A stretch of 63,882 bases of DNA, the filler included, from Octopus bimaculoides (Eukaryota): assembly GCF_001194135.2 (NCBI RefSeq). It is 5 parts of 5 records of this genome, joined end to end, with 100 filler letters (N's around TTAATTAATTAA, not from the genome) between each part and the next. Parts side by side here need not be neighbours in the genome. Positions count along the whole stretch, not along the records: positions 9,878 to 34,978 come from NC_068982.1; 4 more parts are not named here. One strand, written 5' to 3'. Below are positions 14,006 through 26,477 of this stretch, in pieces. The translations under genes and the position numbers were made by a program. How positions within the stretch are numbered: position 1 is the first letter of the stretch; every line of letters starts with the position of its first letter. The notes beneath the pieces are model-generated. The model was not told the origin of the DNA, ran no database searches, and saw nothing but the letters and a program-made list of their open reading frames with translations.

Positions 14006-16578
14006 ACAACAATGTATATATGTATATGTGTGTGTGTGATTCATATAATGTACATACGTGAACACGCGCCCGTACATATGACATCTACAAGTGCTACGTA
14101 GTAAAAAATTCCACTGCAAGAGTGAAACTATACAAGTATCTCTGATCATACTATTGTGTTAGCGATTAAACCGAGTGGATTCTGAGAAAATTTAGCGATC
14201 GAAATAAATGTAAACGTATTTGTAACGGATAATATTCGCAATTTCGTCTTATTTCATGTTCCACGAAATCTATCTTAATTCGTGCCTAACATACATAAAC
14301 ATGGCAAACATTCAGTCAAACGCACATACATAGACACATATGTATATATGTGTGTATATATGCATATAGTTATTCTTGCGTTTATTTTACATATAGTCCC
14401 CCATATATATATNNNNNNNNNNNNNNNNNNNNNNNNNNNNNNNNNNNNNNNNNNNNNNNNNNNNNNNNNNNNNNNNNNNNNNNNNNNNNNNNNNNNNNNN
14501 NNNNNNNNNNNNNNNNNNNNNNNNNNNNNNNNNNNNNNNNNNNNNNNNNNNNNNNNNNNNNNNNNNNNNNNNNNNNNNNNNNNNNNNNNNNNNNNNNNNN
14601 NNNNNNNNNNNNNNNNNNNNNNNNNNNNNNNNNNNNNNNNNNNNNNNNNNNNNNNNNNNNNNNNNNNNNNNNNNNNNNNNNNNNNNNNNNNNNNNNNNNN
14701 NNNNNNNNNNNNNNNNNNNNNNNNNNNNNNNNNNNNNNNNNNNNNNNNNNNNNNNNNNNNNNNNNNNNNNNNNNNNNNNNNNNNNNNNNNNNNNNNNNNN
14801 NNNNNNNNNNNNNNNNNNNNNNNNNNNNNNNNNNNNNNNNNNNNNNNNNNNNNNNNNNNNNNNNNNNNNNNNNNNNNNNNNNNCGTGTGTGTGTGCCTGT
14901 GTATCTGAAAGGAGTGTCAATGGGAAAGAGAAGGAAAGAAGAAAGAAGAAAATTGTGTTTACAGCTGGTCAGTTCTTTCAATGACAAGTTTATTCTTGGC
15001 CTTTTTAAAAATAATTTGTACTGGATGAAGGACTAAATTTGTAAAGTAAACTGTAATTTTTTAATTTCAATTTTATTCATATTTCACCAACAATTTTCGT
15101 CTTTTTCACATACTTCACTTTCTTTGTATATTCATCACAATATTTCATTATTCTTAATCATTCTTCATCTTTGGAACAACAGTGCCTAAAAACGGCAAGA
15201 AACCCAGATAGTGGGACATTTTTGTGCCAACTAGAATTGAACCCAGTTACCTAAGTTCTCATATTTCTCTCCTACCTTTTTTGAACTAACCAGCTGTATA
15301 GATGTAAACACAATTCCTTCCTTCCTTCCTTCCTTCCCTTTTCCATTGACACTCCTTTCAGATACACAGGCACACATACGCGCACGCGCGCAGGCGCACA
15401 CGCACACATACACACACTCAAAAACACACCCACACACTCTCTCCCACTGGACATTGATGCCAAAAAAATTTTTGAAAGACAACTTTCTTCCAAACACTGC
15501 TACCTGGTTTTGCCATTTCTTTTTAAAAAGGCCAAGAATAATCCTAATATCCGCCTGTTCAACTGTATATATCTTTAGAAAGCATTACCACTATAGAACT
15601 CGATCCATTGCAGGTTACAGGGAAGCAAAAACAGTATAAGGCTTACTGAAGATCCCCTTAAAATCTTCTCTCAACAAATGCGTAGATTTTGACAGAATGG
15701 CGTTTCTCATACAACTTTCTCAATATATCTGTATTTTAAAGGATATTATCAACGATTATAGAACACGCGTCACCTTATATTAGTGACTCCAGACAGTGTT
15801 ATGTCTGTCTCTCTGAGAAGTACTACATACTATTGCAATTTTGAACAGACAAAACTTAATTTGTAAATAAATTCATACACTTTCTTCATTATTTACTGAG
15901 GAATTTCCGAGTACTAACTTGCTTACGAAGTATATTTCTCACACAATGCATTTTTCAAAACATAAGAGATAGTCATATGAAAAAAAAAAATTATATATTC
16001 AACACTAAAACTAGCTTCTCTTCTTGCTCATGTGCGTTTTACATTGATGATATTGAATAAACCACATGTTTCTGTATTAGAGTAGTTGAATATATCCCGT
16101 GTTCTACGCATAAAAACTGAATAGATGAATGAGTGATGCATTTTCTAAAGATCTTTCGATAGTCAATGAAATCACGATGCCTAGTATTGCGACATGTTTA
16201 CGAATAATTTGTCTCGCTATTTCTCTACTTCAATTTAAATAATCGGCACTATGAAACTTGAAATTATAACTCAAAAAGATTCAGGTTTTAATGTATGTAG
16301 GTGTTTGATGTTGTGAGCAGTATATTTTAATGTATACATATACAGTTGGTGAGCTGTTATACACAGTTGTCTTTAGAGAAACAAACATGTCAAAAAATAG
16401 AGTGAAATGGTAACTAAGACAAAATGCAAACGGAATTCACCAAATTCATGAAAGTTGAAAAATAATTATATAGCTTTGTTTATAAAATAATTACAAAGGA
16501 TATAAAATACCTTCATAAAAATATCTAGGTTACTCGTACTAATGTTTGATCTGAAGCCAATATTTTATTTCTTTGCAG

Positions 16579-16697
16579 AGTCCAAAAAATTCTTTGATAA
16601 GACTTAAATTTTTGAAATTTTTCATCGAAGGCAGGAAGAAAATATGTCCAGATTATGTTGAGATTCGTTTCAATTTAATAGGTCAACCAGGAATCAA
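16579..16697 (+). CDS. Exon B: CUB domain middle (SPKNSLIRLKFLKFFIEGRKKICPDYVEIRFNLIGQPGI)
   Basis: Acceptor tttctttgcag and donor GTAAGA; 119 nt, phase 0 to 2, in frame with exons A and C; CUB motif I.L.F..F.IE....C.DYVEI. Confidence 0.92.
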
Positions 16698-17336
16698 GTA
16701 AGAGTTTACGTTATTTTTACAGAAAAGAATAAAGAAGAAATTAAGAAAATAATCTCACTGCTCATAAGATGTGAATTTATATTATGTTACATCATTAGTT
16801 TTAGTAATCCAGGAAAAAGATATTTCTGACGTCTTTAGACAAGGACTGTTGTAAAATAACAAATTATTCGACAGTGATATTATTTAGCAGGTAAAATTCT
16901 TCGAGAATTTTCGAGATAACACGATAAACATAAGCCCTTTGTGATCGTTGAGATTCGACTTCATTTGACTGAAACAAGATTCCAATGTGAACAGAAAACA
17001 CTAATGAAATGTTAAAACGCATTAAAACATTAATGAAATATTAAAAGAACACTTCCCACAATTCTCTGCTACATTAGCCATGCAAGTACACTTCAAGATA
17101 TACGATTTCTTAACGTTGTTGCTTGTTAGGAGTGTAAAGTTGAAGTCTCGTGATAACCCGTTAATGGCATATTTAGTTAATAACTTTAATGAAGAGATAT
17201 ACTAAATATATATTCAAAATAACAAACTTTTATTTTGTTTCCATAATTAGAGGAAAGGCGTAAGATCTTACATACCACGTATTTCTCGTTTGTGGAACGA
17301 ATTTAAATTAGATACTCTTATGTCTTTTTCGACCAG

Positions 17337-17458
17337 ATATTGCGGGAAAATGCCAATTAAAGTTATTGTTTCACGAAAAAACATGATGATGATAACAATG
17401 AAAACTAACTACAAATTTTCTAGAATCGGATTTAAAGCAATCGTAGAATATGTTGAAG
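17337..17458 (+). CDS. Exon C: CUB domain C-terminal part (KYCGKMPIKVIVSRKNMMMITMKTNYKFSRIGFKAIVEYVE)
   Basis: Acceptor tctttttcgaccag, weak donor GTTTGA; 122 nt, phase 2 to 1; CUB motif YCG......S..N.M.I.....GF.A. Confidence 0.9.
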
Positions 17459-17650
17459 GTTTGAAATATAATTTTGACACTCATCTAAATAGTTTGAAAT
17501 AATATACTGAATAACTTATTTGAACAATTTTAACTGAGATTTCGTTTTACTATTTTTAGTTTTATAATTGTAAAATAAAAACAAAAATGCGATTTTTAAA
17601 AATAAGATTAATAATTTGTCAATGATATTCTTTTAATGAACGCAGAATTA

Positions 17651-17739
<89 letters not shown>

Positions 17740-17848
17740 CTTTTTCTCAATAGCCTCAATACAACGTATTTTATCAATAAATTTTTATGGTATAATTTTT
17801 TTTATGATATAATTCATGCGACAGTATTAGAAACCTCTATTATTTCAG

Positions 17849-17981
17849 GAAGAAGCCTTTGCTTCAATTTAAAGGATCACGGGCGTACATATCGTGGTAC
17901 CGTAGATATGACGAAAGAATTTGACAAGTGCCGTTTCTGGAATGAAACTACGAATTGTCGGCATCATCCTTTCAATAGTTG
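17849..17981 (+). CDS. Exon D: kringle N-terminal half (GRSLCFNLKDHGRTYRGTVDMTKEFDKCRFWNETTNCRHHPFNS)
   Basis: Acceptor tattatttcag and donor GTTAGT; 133 nt, phase 1 to 2; kringle motif C....G.TYRGT..T.....C..W. Confidence 0.92.
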
Positions 17982-19154
17982 GTTAGTGAAAATATTCTGC
18001 TTTATTAAGTATTTAATGCATTATTTAAAACCTTTAGATTTTTTAAAACTCTTATATGAGTTCTAGTTAAACTTTAAGCAACAAACTCACAAATGTTCAG
18101 CTAATTTATGCTTTCCTGAATGATGCAAGTGTAGTTTGATTAATGTTTTAAAAATAACCATAGATGAATATAGAGAGGATGGTCAATAGATAAATTGGAG
18201 CAGGCTTATAGAAAAGACACAGAGCTAAACACGAAGGTTGCTAAGATACGTTTTCTGAGATACGAGAGTACGAAAGCTATTCGAATGGTCCAGGTGGTGG
18301 ATAACTGATGTAGAAGCAAGTTACTATCCGAGTTTTTACAGACAAGACGGAATTGGTGTGCACTAAACAATTACGAGAACATGGGATTATTTTGGCGGTA
18401 CTTAAAACTTCTTGCAGTAAGCTGTGAACGAAGGATAATAAGCTTTAAAACTATCCTGATCGTTAACGACGACTTTTAGCAAAATAAGTGGTGCGTAAGT
18501 TCGGTAACACGTAAAGAGCTAGTGAAGATCACTGAGACTGAACTGTTTATCGGGAAAACTTTAAGTTTGTTCCGACTTTGGTCGTCATGTACCACAAAAG
18601 ATGACAGATTGGGTGCATAATATTTTGCGTGAGTCGGAGGGTTATTGTACTATTGAGAAAGATGTACATATGAAAATAGTTTTATCTGCCCAACACAAAC
18701 TTATGCTATTTCTGAAAGTATTTGTTCGTGGTTTCAACATGCGTGATTTCAGGAAAATTAATGCAAGAAAAATTTCACTACGTATGATACGCTTTCTAAA
18801 GACTATATAGCAGATCCAGCGTAAGGTAATGCTGATGAGATTTGTTATATTGTATGCAAAATCGTCATATATCAGAACCGTCACTCTCCTGATACGCTTT
18901 CAACGTATGCATGCTTCCAGACAGCTCTACCTTGAAAAGGAACTTTTTCTATTGTGATGAGCAGCCGGAGACGGATTCAGAAAGGAGCACTTTGAACAAG
19001 TAGAGACTCACCCAATCTTTAAGAAAAGAAATGTCGGGTTTCCCTCACCCAAACAAGAGCAATGACCAAAATAAGAGTGAAACTTATTAACAACCTATCT
19101 TCATATTTATTACAGTAGAAACTATTGATGTTTAACCAAAATTAGCTCTGAATA

Positions 19155-19392
<238 letters not shown>

Positions 19393-19526
19393 ATTTTGCC
19401 GGGGTCATCCTTGCCTTTCATCCCTTCGGGGTCGATACATTAAGTACCAGTGAAACACTGGCGTCGTCGATATAATCGATTGGTCCCCTCCCCCAAATTT
19501 CAGGCCTTGTGCCTTTAGTAGAAAGG

Positions 19527-19581
<55 letters not shown>

Positions 19582-19594
19582 TGTTTGTTAACAG

Positions 19595-19716
19595 GGACAT
19601 AACCAGAGGCATTGGCAACCACAACCATTGTCGAAACCCAGGGCATGGTTTACAGCCTTGGTGTTACACGGATTCTCATAACTGCAGTCGAAAATATTGT
19701 GATCCCTGTCAGATTG
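19595..19716 (+). CDS. Exon E: kringle C-terminal half (WDITRGIGNHNHCRNPGHGLQPWCYTDSHNCSRKYCDPCQI)
   Basis: Acceptor ttgtttgttaacag and donor GTAACT; 122 nt, phase 2 to 1; hallmark HNHCRNP...PWCYT...YC..C. Confidence 0.95.
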
Positions 19717-19721
19717 GTAAC

Positions 19722-19765
<44 letters not shown>

Positions 19766-20569
19766 TGTAAATCATCCACTAAACCTGTAGATAAAAAAAA
19801 AAAATGAAGTAACCTGCATGGTCGAAGTTTACGAATATTTTAACAATTCAACCTAAACTTTAGCGTTAGGTTTTAATTATGGTATTACTTTCCTCTCATT
19901 CATGTCTAAGAGGGAAAATACGATTTTGTAATCTTTTTCCATTAACTTCTTTTCTGTTTTGTTTTAGACTATGTAACACTATGAGTAACTCATCAGTTTC
20001 ATGACATGATGTATTTCTTCGAGCTAACGAAGATGAATGTGTGCGTGTGTGTGTGTAAGCGAGACGACAAAATGTGGGACAAAGTGAAATAGATAGATAG
20101 AGAAGAAGAAAACGAAGGTAAATTGGTGAAAGAAGAGGAATAAGAAGGTAACTTAAGAGGAAGAATGAGACAGGGCAACTTACTGAACGTTTTAAACAGT
20201 TACAGCTGGTAGACTAGTTAAGAAACGGGTCTAAATATAAGCAGTCGTTCTAAATTTCTACCTCTGTGATCAAATGACTACACGGGTTCATATGTTCTCA
20301 CACTCAGGTATGATGAATACTTTTAAATTAGAAAGATGGAGAAATTGGATTATTGCTTAGTCTATTCTTAGATGAAACAGAAAAAAAAAACAAATGCGAC
20401 TATTTCTGAGATACTATTTTGTTTGAACAAATGCTCACGGTTAGCACTTTGTGACATTTCCGAAAGAAAGTTATGAGAATAGCTTTCATCATACGCTGAA
20501 ATTACTGAAATATCTAAAACAATACAATATGAATGTATCAGTGAATGTTAGAGCGGCCAGCTGGTAAAA

Positions 20570-20725
20570 TCGTTAGCACATCGGGTAAAATGCTTAGCAA
20601 CATTTCGTCCGTCTTTACGTTTTGAGTTCAAATTCCATCAAGGTTGACTTCATCTTTCATCCTTTCGAGGTCGATAAAATAAGTACTAACCTGCTGGCCC
20701 TGTGCCAAAATTTGAGACCAATATT
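20570..20725 (+). mobile_element. SINE family C
   Basis: Matches 1394-1575. Confidence 0.75.
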
Positions 20726-21869
20726 AGTGAAGGCTTCGTATTTACTGTAAACAATAACAGTTTACACAAAGTTATGTGTCAGAACGGTAGCATGCTAATA
20801 TATTTAATATAAGCAGAGTTTGTAACATCTTTTCAACACCCAGTTAAAGTGTTATATTTCTCGACCTCGGATTTCTGATTTCAGAATTCACCTAGATTAG
20901 AGAAGAAGGAAGGGCTGTATCAGAATGGTTTTATTCAACACACTCCCAGCTATATGGCTGTTACTGGTGTATTCATTTATTAACTAGGTGTTAGGAAATA
21001 TTTCATTAAAATCAAGTAAGCCGTTATAAATCAACGTTTTGTGATATATTTTGACAGTTGGAAAAAAAAAATCTATCAAATTTAACATCATTAATCCTAT
21101 TTTATTGACAGGTGTTTATAATAGATGAAGGGAATAGCGAAATTTTAGGCATTCTTTGGAATTGAACATATCTACACATGTTCTTTTGAAATTGACACTC
21201 ATCCCGTTAAGAAATTTTAAAAACAAAAATTATGCCCATGACACTCACAATAGAATATGAAAAGTGAGGTGTGTTGATGTGCCTCAAGCGGAAGAAAAAC
21301 CTTGCGTTTTAAACTGCGTTCTTCAAAATATATAAACATTTTAATAGAGTACTTTGGGTGAAGCAATTTGTGATATTAAATTAGATAAAAAGTTAAGGCC
21401 GAAAAATTGCGAAATGAAATACAAAATTGAAGTACCATAAAAACGATGGCAAAACAACAGCAGATATTTTACATTGTATTTCTTCGTAATTCCTGGGATA
21501 AAGCTATTGTCGTTACTCAGATATGTGGAAGAGGATAATAATATACTCAAACTACTTCAATGACGGCAGTGGTAAAAAAAACAGGATTTCTGTGTGGTAA
21601 TCGGAAAGAGCGTATTAAAGACAACAGTAACAGAAGTGAGGAGTAGTATTCACGATAAATACTGAAAACAAAAATTAACAGAAAGAAGAAAAAGGTAAAC
21701 TGGAGGAAGAAGAAAGTAATATAACAGGAAGAATGAGACAGGGCAACTTACTGAACAAAGGAAACAAATATATTTTTAAAGAAACCAAACATATTTTATG
21801 TAGTAGCATTGAAGTAATGATTTTCATCTCCACGCCTTGATTTTTAACAAATCCACCAGTCTCTAATTT

Positions 21870-24345
21870 TATCTTTTAACTGTTACTAGCTTCAGTGGTT
21901 AGATTGCGATCATGTTGGAATTTTGAAAGGTTTAATTCGAACAAATCAAACTTTGTACTTTTTTACAAAAAAAAAAAATCAGGTACTTATTCTATTCATC
22001 TCTTTTTCCGAATCGCTAATTTACGGTGATCAACACAAATTGTCAAGCGGTGAAGGGGAACACACACACACGCGCGCGCTCAGTCTTACACCTATGTATA
22101 CGATGGGCTTCTTTCTGTTCCCGTCTACTACATCCACTCACAAGGCATTGGTTGGTTCGGTACTATAACAGAAGGCATTAGCCCAAGGTATCGTGCAGTG
22201 GGACTGAAACCGAATCTACTTAATTGCATAGCGAGTTTCTTCACTACACAGCTTTGCCTGCACTTATATTAGAATTCGTCAGGATTTTGGTAATAATTTA
22301 CAAAGATCATTTGAAGTTTAATGTTATTAATCCAAAAGAGTACATTACAAAATAAATGAAGAGGTACTTATTTTATGAAGTAACAACTAGATTTGTATTT
22401 GTTTCTAGTAATCTTTCCCTCTTTTACCATGATTACAACTTTCAGTACATAGAAAGTTATACAAAGCATAGCCGTGGGGCAAGCAACTTGCTTCCTAACT
22501 ACATAGTTTCGGCTCCAGCCTCTCTGCATGGTACCTTGTGAAAGTGCCATGTACTACAGTTCCGGGCCAACCAATGCCTTGTGAATTAATTTGGTACAAG
22601 GAGCTGTGTGGAAGCCCGTCACACGTACATACATACATGCATACATACATACATGCATACATACATACATACATACATACATACAGATAGACAGACAGAC
22701 AGACAGACATAATACATACATGTATACACACACATACTCTTTTACTCTTTTACTTGTTTCAGTCATTTTTGACTGCGGCCATGCTGGAGCACCGCCTTTA
22801 GTCGAGAAAATCGACCCCAGAACTTATTCTTTGTAAGCATAGTACTGATTCTATCGGTCTCTTTTTGCCGAACCGCTAAGTTACGGGGACGTAAACACAC
22901 CAGCATCGGTTGTCAAGCGATGGTGGGGGGGACAAACACAGACACACAAACACACACACATATATATATACATACGACGGGCTTCTTTCAGTTTCCGTCT
23001 ACCAAATCCACTCACAAGGCTTTGGTCGGCCGGAGGCTATAGTTGAAGACACTTGCCCAAGGTGCCACGCTGTGGGACTGAACCCGGAACCATGTGGTTG
23101 GTAAGCAAGCTACTTACCACAGCCACTCCTGCGCCTATACACATGTATATATTCAATATACATATGGGTGTGTATATGTGTGTGTGCGTTTGTGTGTGTG
23201 AGTGTGTGCGTGTGCGCGCGTGTGTGTGTGTGTATGAATGTGTATGCGTCTGTCTGTGTTTGTCCCTCATCATCCTTTGACAAGAGACCAATAGAATATA
23301 TATTCCAGGCATAAAGATAAGTAGTGACTTTGGTTTGGTCGATGAGACCCTTCACGGCCGTTCCTCAACATGGCCGCATTCAAATAACTGAAACAAGTAA
23401 AAGATAAAATAATACTCTCTTAACGATCAACATTTATTGAATACATATCGAAAGTAATGGAAACAGTTTTATCTTTTATCTTTTACTTGCTTCAGTCTTT
23501 CGGTTGTGTTATGCTGGGGGCACCATCTTGAAAGGTTTAGTCAACAAATCGACCCTAGTAATTATTTTAAAGCCTGGAACTTATTCTATCACTCTAACTG
23601 CAAAGTAACAGGAGACGTAAACAAACTAACGCCGGTTGTCAAGAGGTGTGGTGGTGGTGGTGGTGGTGGTGGTGGTGGTGGTGGTGGTGGTGATGAGAAA
23701 ATATTAGCACAAAGACATGCACACATACACTCACACACAAACACACACGTACGCACACGCACACAATCACATACACCTACACATACACATACTTAACGGG
23801 CTTATTTCAGTTTTTGTTAACTAAATTTACCACAGAACTTTGGTTGACATGGTGAAATAGTAAAAGACACTTACCCAAGATGCTGCGCGGTGGGACTGCA
23901 CCCAATACCACATAGTTAGAAAGCAATCTTCTCATCACATAACAACGCCTAATACAATAATAAATTACGGTTTGATTGCGACTCTAAATAAATTGTTTTT
24001 TTAAACAATTATTCAAAAATTAACCCAGTTTTGAGAGATTACACCGACCCATTTAACTCCGGATACACAATAAGCGTTGGTGGTTATATAGTTTTACAAA
24101 TAGCTTTAATGAAGAAAATACCTCTTTGTTTCTCGTATTAGCCAAGGTTTCAAAGTTTGGCACATGACCAGCAATTTCAGGGGAGGAGGTAAGTCGATTA
24201 TATTGACCCCAGTGTTCAACTGGTACCTATTTTATCGTACACAAAAGGATGAAAGGCAAAGTCGACTTCGACGAAATTTGAACTCAGAGTGTAAAGACCG
24301 ACAAAATCTCACTAAACAATTTGCCCAACGCGGTAGCGATTTCGA
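21870..24345. mobile_element. SINE cluster: families A/B at about 21870-22262 (-), 22470-22620 (+), 22740-23135 (-), 23290-23410 (+) and 23480-23945 (-); family C at 24145-24345 (-)
   Basis: Each segment aligns by eye to the copies at 684-1048 or 1394-1575. Confidence 0.75.
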
Positions 24346-24382
24346 AACATAATATTGATAACTGTATCTAATTGCTTTTCAG

Positions 24383-24520
24383 CCGGATCTTATGATATGT
24401 TCCCCAACTGCAGAAAATTGAAACGGGAAGACAAAGAATTTTGTACACGCAATGTATCCTCAATTAAATTGTGTCACAAAACTTGTGGACATTATATTGG
24501 AGCCGAGAGGAAATTTAAAC
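24383..24520 (+). CDS. Exon F: ShKT-like domain with 4 of 6 cysteines (AGSYDMFPNCRKLKREDKEFCTRNVSSIKLCHKTCGHYIGAERKFK)
   Basis: Acceptor ttgcttttcag and donor GTATGT; 138 nt, phase 1 to 1; ShK pattern x.D...C.......C.......C.KTCG.x. This frame is not listed in the ORF track. Confidence 0.85.
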
Positions 24521-24621
24521 GTATGTTATAAATGTTATTACATACATACATACATACATACATACATGCATACATACATATATATNNNNNNNNNNNNNNN
24601 NNNNNNNNNNNNNNNNNNNNN

Positions 24622-26477
24622 TATATATAATAAAAATGAACGTGTGTGTGTGTGTGTGTGTCCATCTATAGCAAGAAAGGCTACAGCATCTATATAAAAA
24701 CTAAAAACTAACTCTTGTGTAAAAATTATGCCGAAGACAATGGAAGTGGTCCCGTGTCTCTAGCGGACTTCCGAAGGGAGCTACTGGCCCTTTTCCAATA
24801 TGTACATATCGCAGTTCCAAAATAAATGAGGGGTCTAAAGGGGGATAACTAAAAGCTTCGGCAACAAAGAACATTAGTGTGAATAATTTAAATGAAACAA
24901 CCGAGAAAGTTTTTTCAGGAAGTGAACATACAGAAATTGTCAATTACCCCGATGAGTTCTTAAACTCACTGGAGACACAAAGAGCTTCTCATTGCCTTCG
25001 ATTGAAAATAGGCGCTCTAATCATATCTCTGAAGAACATTTCTCAGTCAAAGCTATGCAATGAAACAAGACTTGTGAAGAAATTAACGAGGAATGTCATA
25101 GAGGCCACAATAATTTCTGTCTGTGGAAAAAGCAAAGATGCTTTTATTCCTCGCTTACCTTTAGTACCTTCCAATATGCCCTTTCAATTCAAACAACTTC
25201 AATTTCCAATACGTCTGTCTTTTGCGATGTCCATTAATAAGTCCCAACATCAGACTTTGAAAGTTACAGCTTTGCAATTAGAAGAAGACTGTTTTTCACA
25301 CAGTCAGTTATATGTTGGGGCTCCAGAATGGGGAGCAATGACAATCTTTTCATTTTCACCTCCTACTGGTAAAACCCGAAACTTTGTCTATAAGGAAGTT
25401 TTTAGCATGGGATCAACAAACTAAAATTTGGAGAATGAGTAATAACTTTGAATTGATATTGTCAACGTCTCACTATATTCGTCTCAGAAAAGCTATTTGT
25501 ATTTTTGTTTGTTGTAATACTTAAGTTTAATAAATTATAATACATATATTTTTACTTTTCCACAAACTTATATTTAGTTATCTTCTAGTAGACACAAGCC
25601 AAAGTCTGTGCGATGTTTGCTTCATTTATAGACTGAAATACTAGAGATCATATATGCACAAACCTGTAGAATTCTTTACTACTACAGAAGCTGAACGGCA
25701 GGCAGTAAGAATTGATTACATCAACATTGAAGAAAAAGATGTTATGCTAGCAATAGAGGATATAGACGCAAACTCAGCTGCTGGCCCTGAGGGATTACCA
25801 GCGATCCTCATCAAGTCAGGCAAACGAGTCTTTGTAAAACCATTGCATCTACTTTTTCAGAGCTTCCTCACAAATGGTAAGCTTCCAGAGAAACTAAAGG
25901 AGGGAATAATATGCCATATCCATAAAGGTGTAAGCACAGCAGATGTTAAAAACTATAGGCTTATCTCTCTGATCCCATACATCAGCGAGGTTATGGAATT
26001 AATAGTCTGAAGGAAATTAATTGCATTCCTTGAAGAGATTGACTTGCTGACTGACACCCAGCATGGTTTTCGACTAGGTAGAAGCTACCTGACATAGCTC
26101 TTGTAGCATTACGACTGGGTGCTAAAGCAGCTGCTCAACAACTCACATGAAGACGTGATATACCTCGAGTTCACAAAAGCCTTTGACAAAGTCGACCATG
26201 GTATAATTTGTCACAAGCTCCGAAATCTTGGCATATTTGGAAAACCTGGAGAATGGCTACATGACTTTCTAAAAGATAGAAGGCAGGCAGCAGTGGTGAA
26301 TGGGGCTACCTCCAAGAAAACACAAATAATGTGTGGTGTTCTACAGGGTACTGTCCTGCAGTGACTGCTATTCATAGAGGTCCTCATGTTCAATACAATC
26401 TAAATGAATAACTTTCAATATTCATAGTACAATTTTTGCAACTTTTTAACCCAGTCGACGACGGGTGTTTCTGCTAA
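24622..26477 (+). mobile_element. Deleted Helitron remnant with PIF1 helicase C-terminal coding segment
   Basis: ORF 24879-25424 contains the PIF1 motifs [42 protein letters not shown] and FSHSQLYVG, followed by a frameshift. 5' TATATAATAAAAATGAA-(GT)n start and 3' CCCAGTCGACGACGGG-TGTTTCTGCTAA end resemble Helitron termini. Confidence 0.8.
25654..26390 (+). pseudogene. CR1/L2/Jockey-group non-LTR reverse transcriptase fragment with stops, inside the Helitron
   Basis: One reading frame with several stops: SAAGPEG, IHKG....KNYRLISL, QHGFRLGRSYLT, DVIYLEFTKAFDKVDH and GVLQGTVL (RT domains 0-4). Confidence 0.9.
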
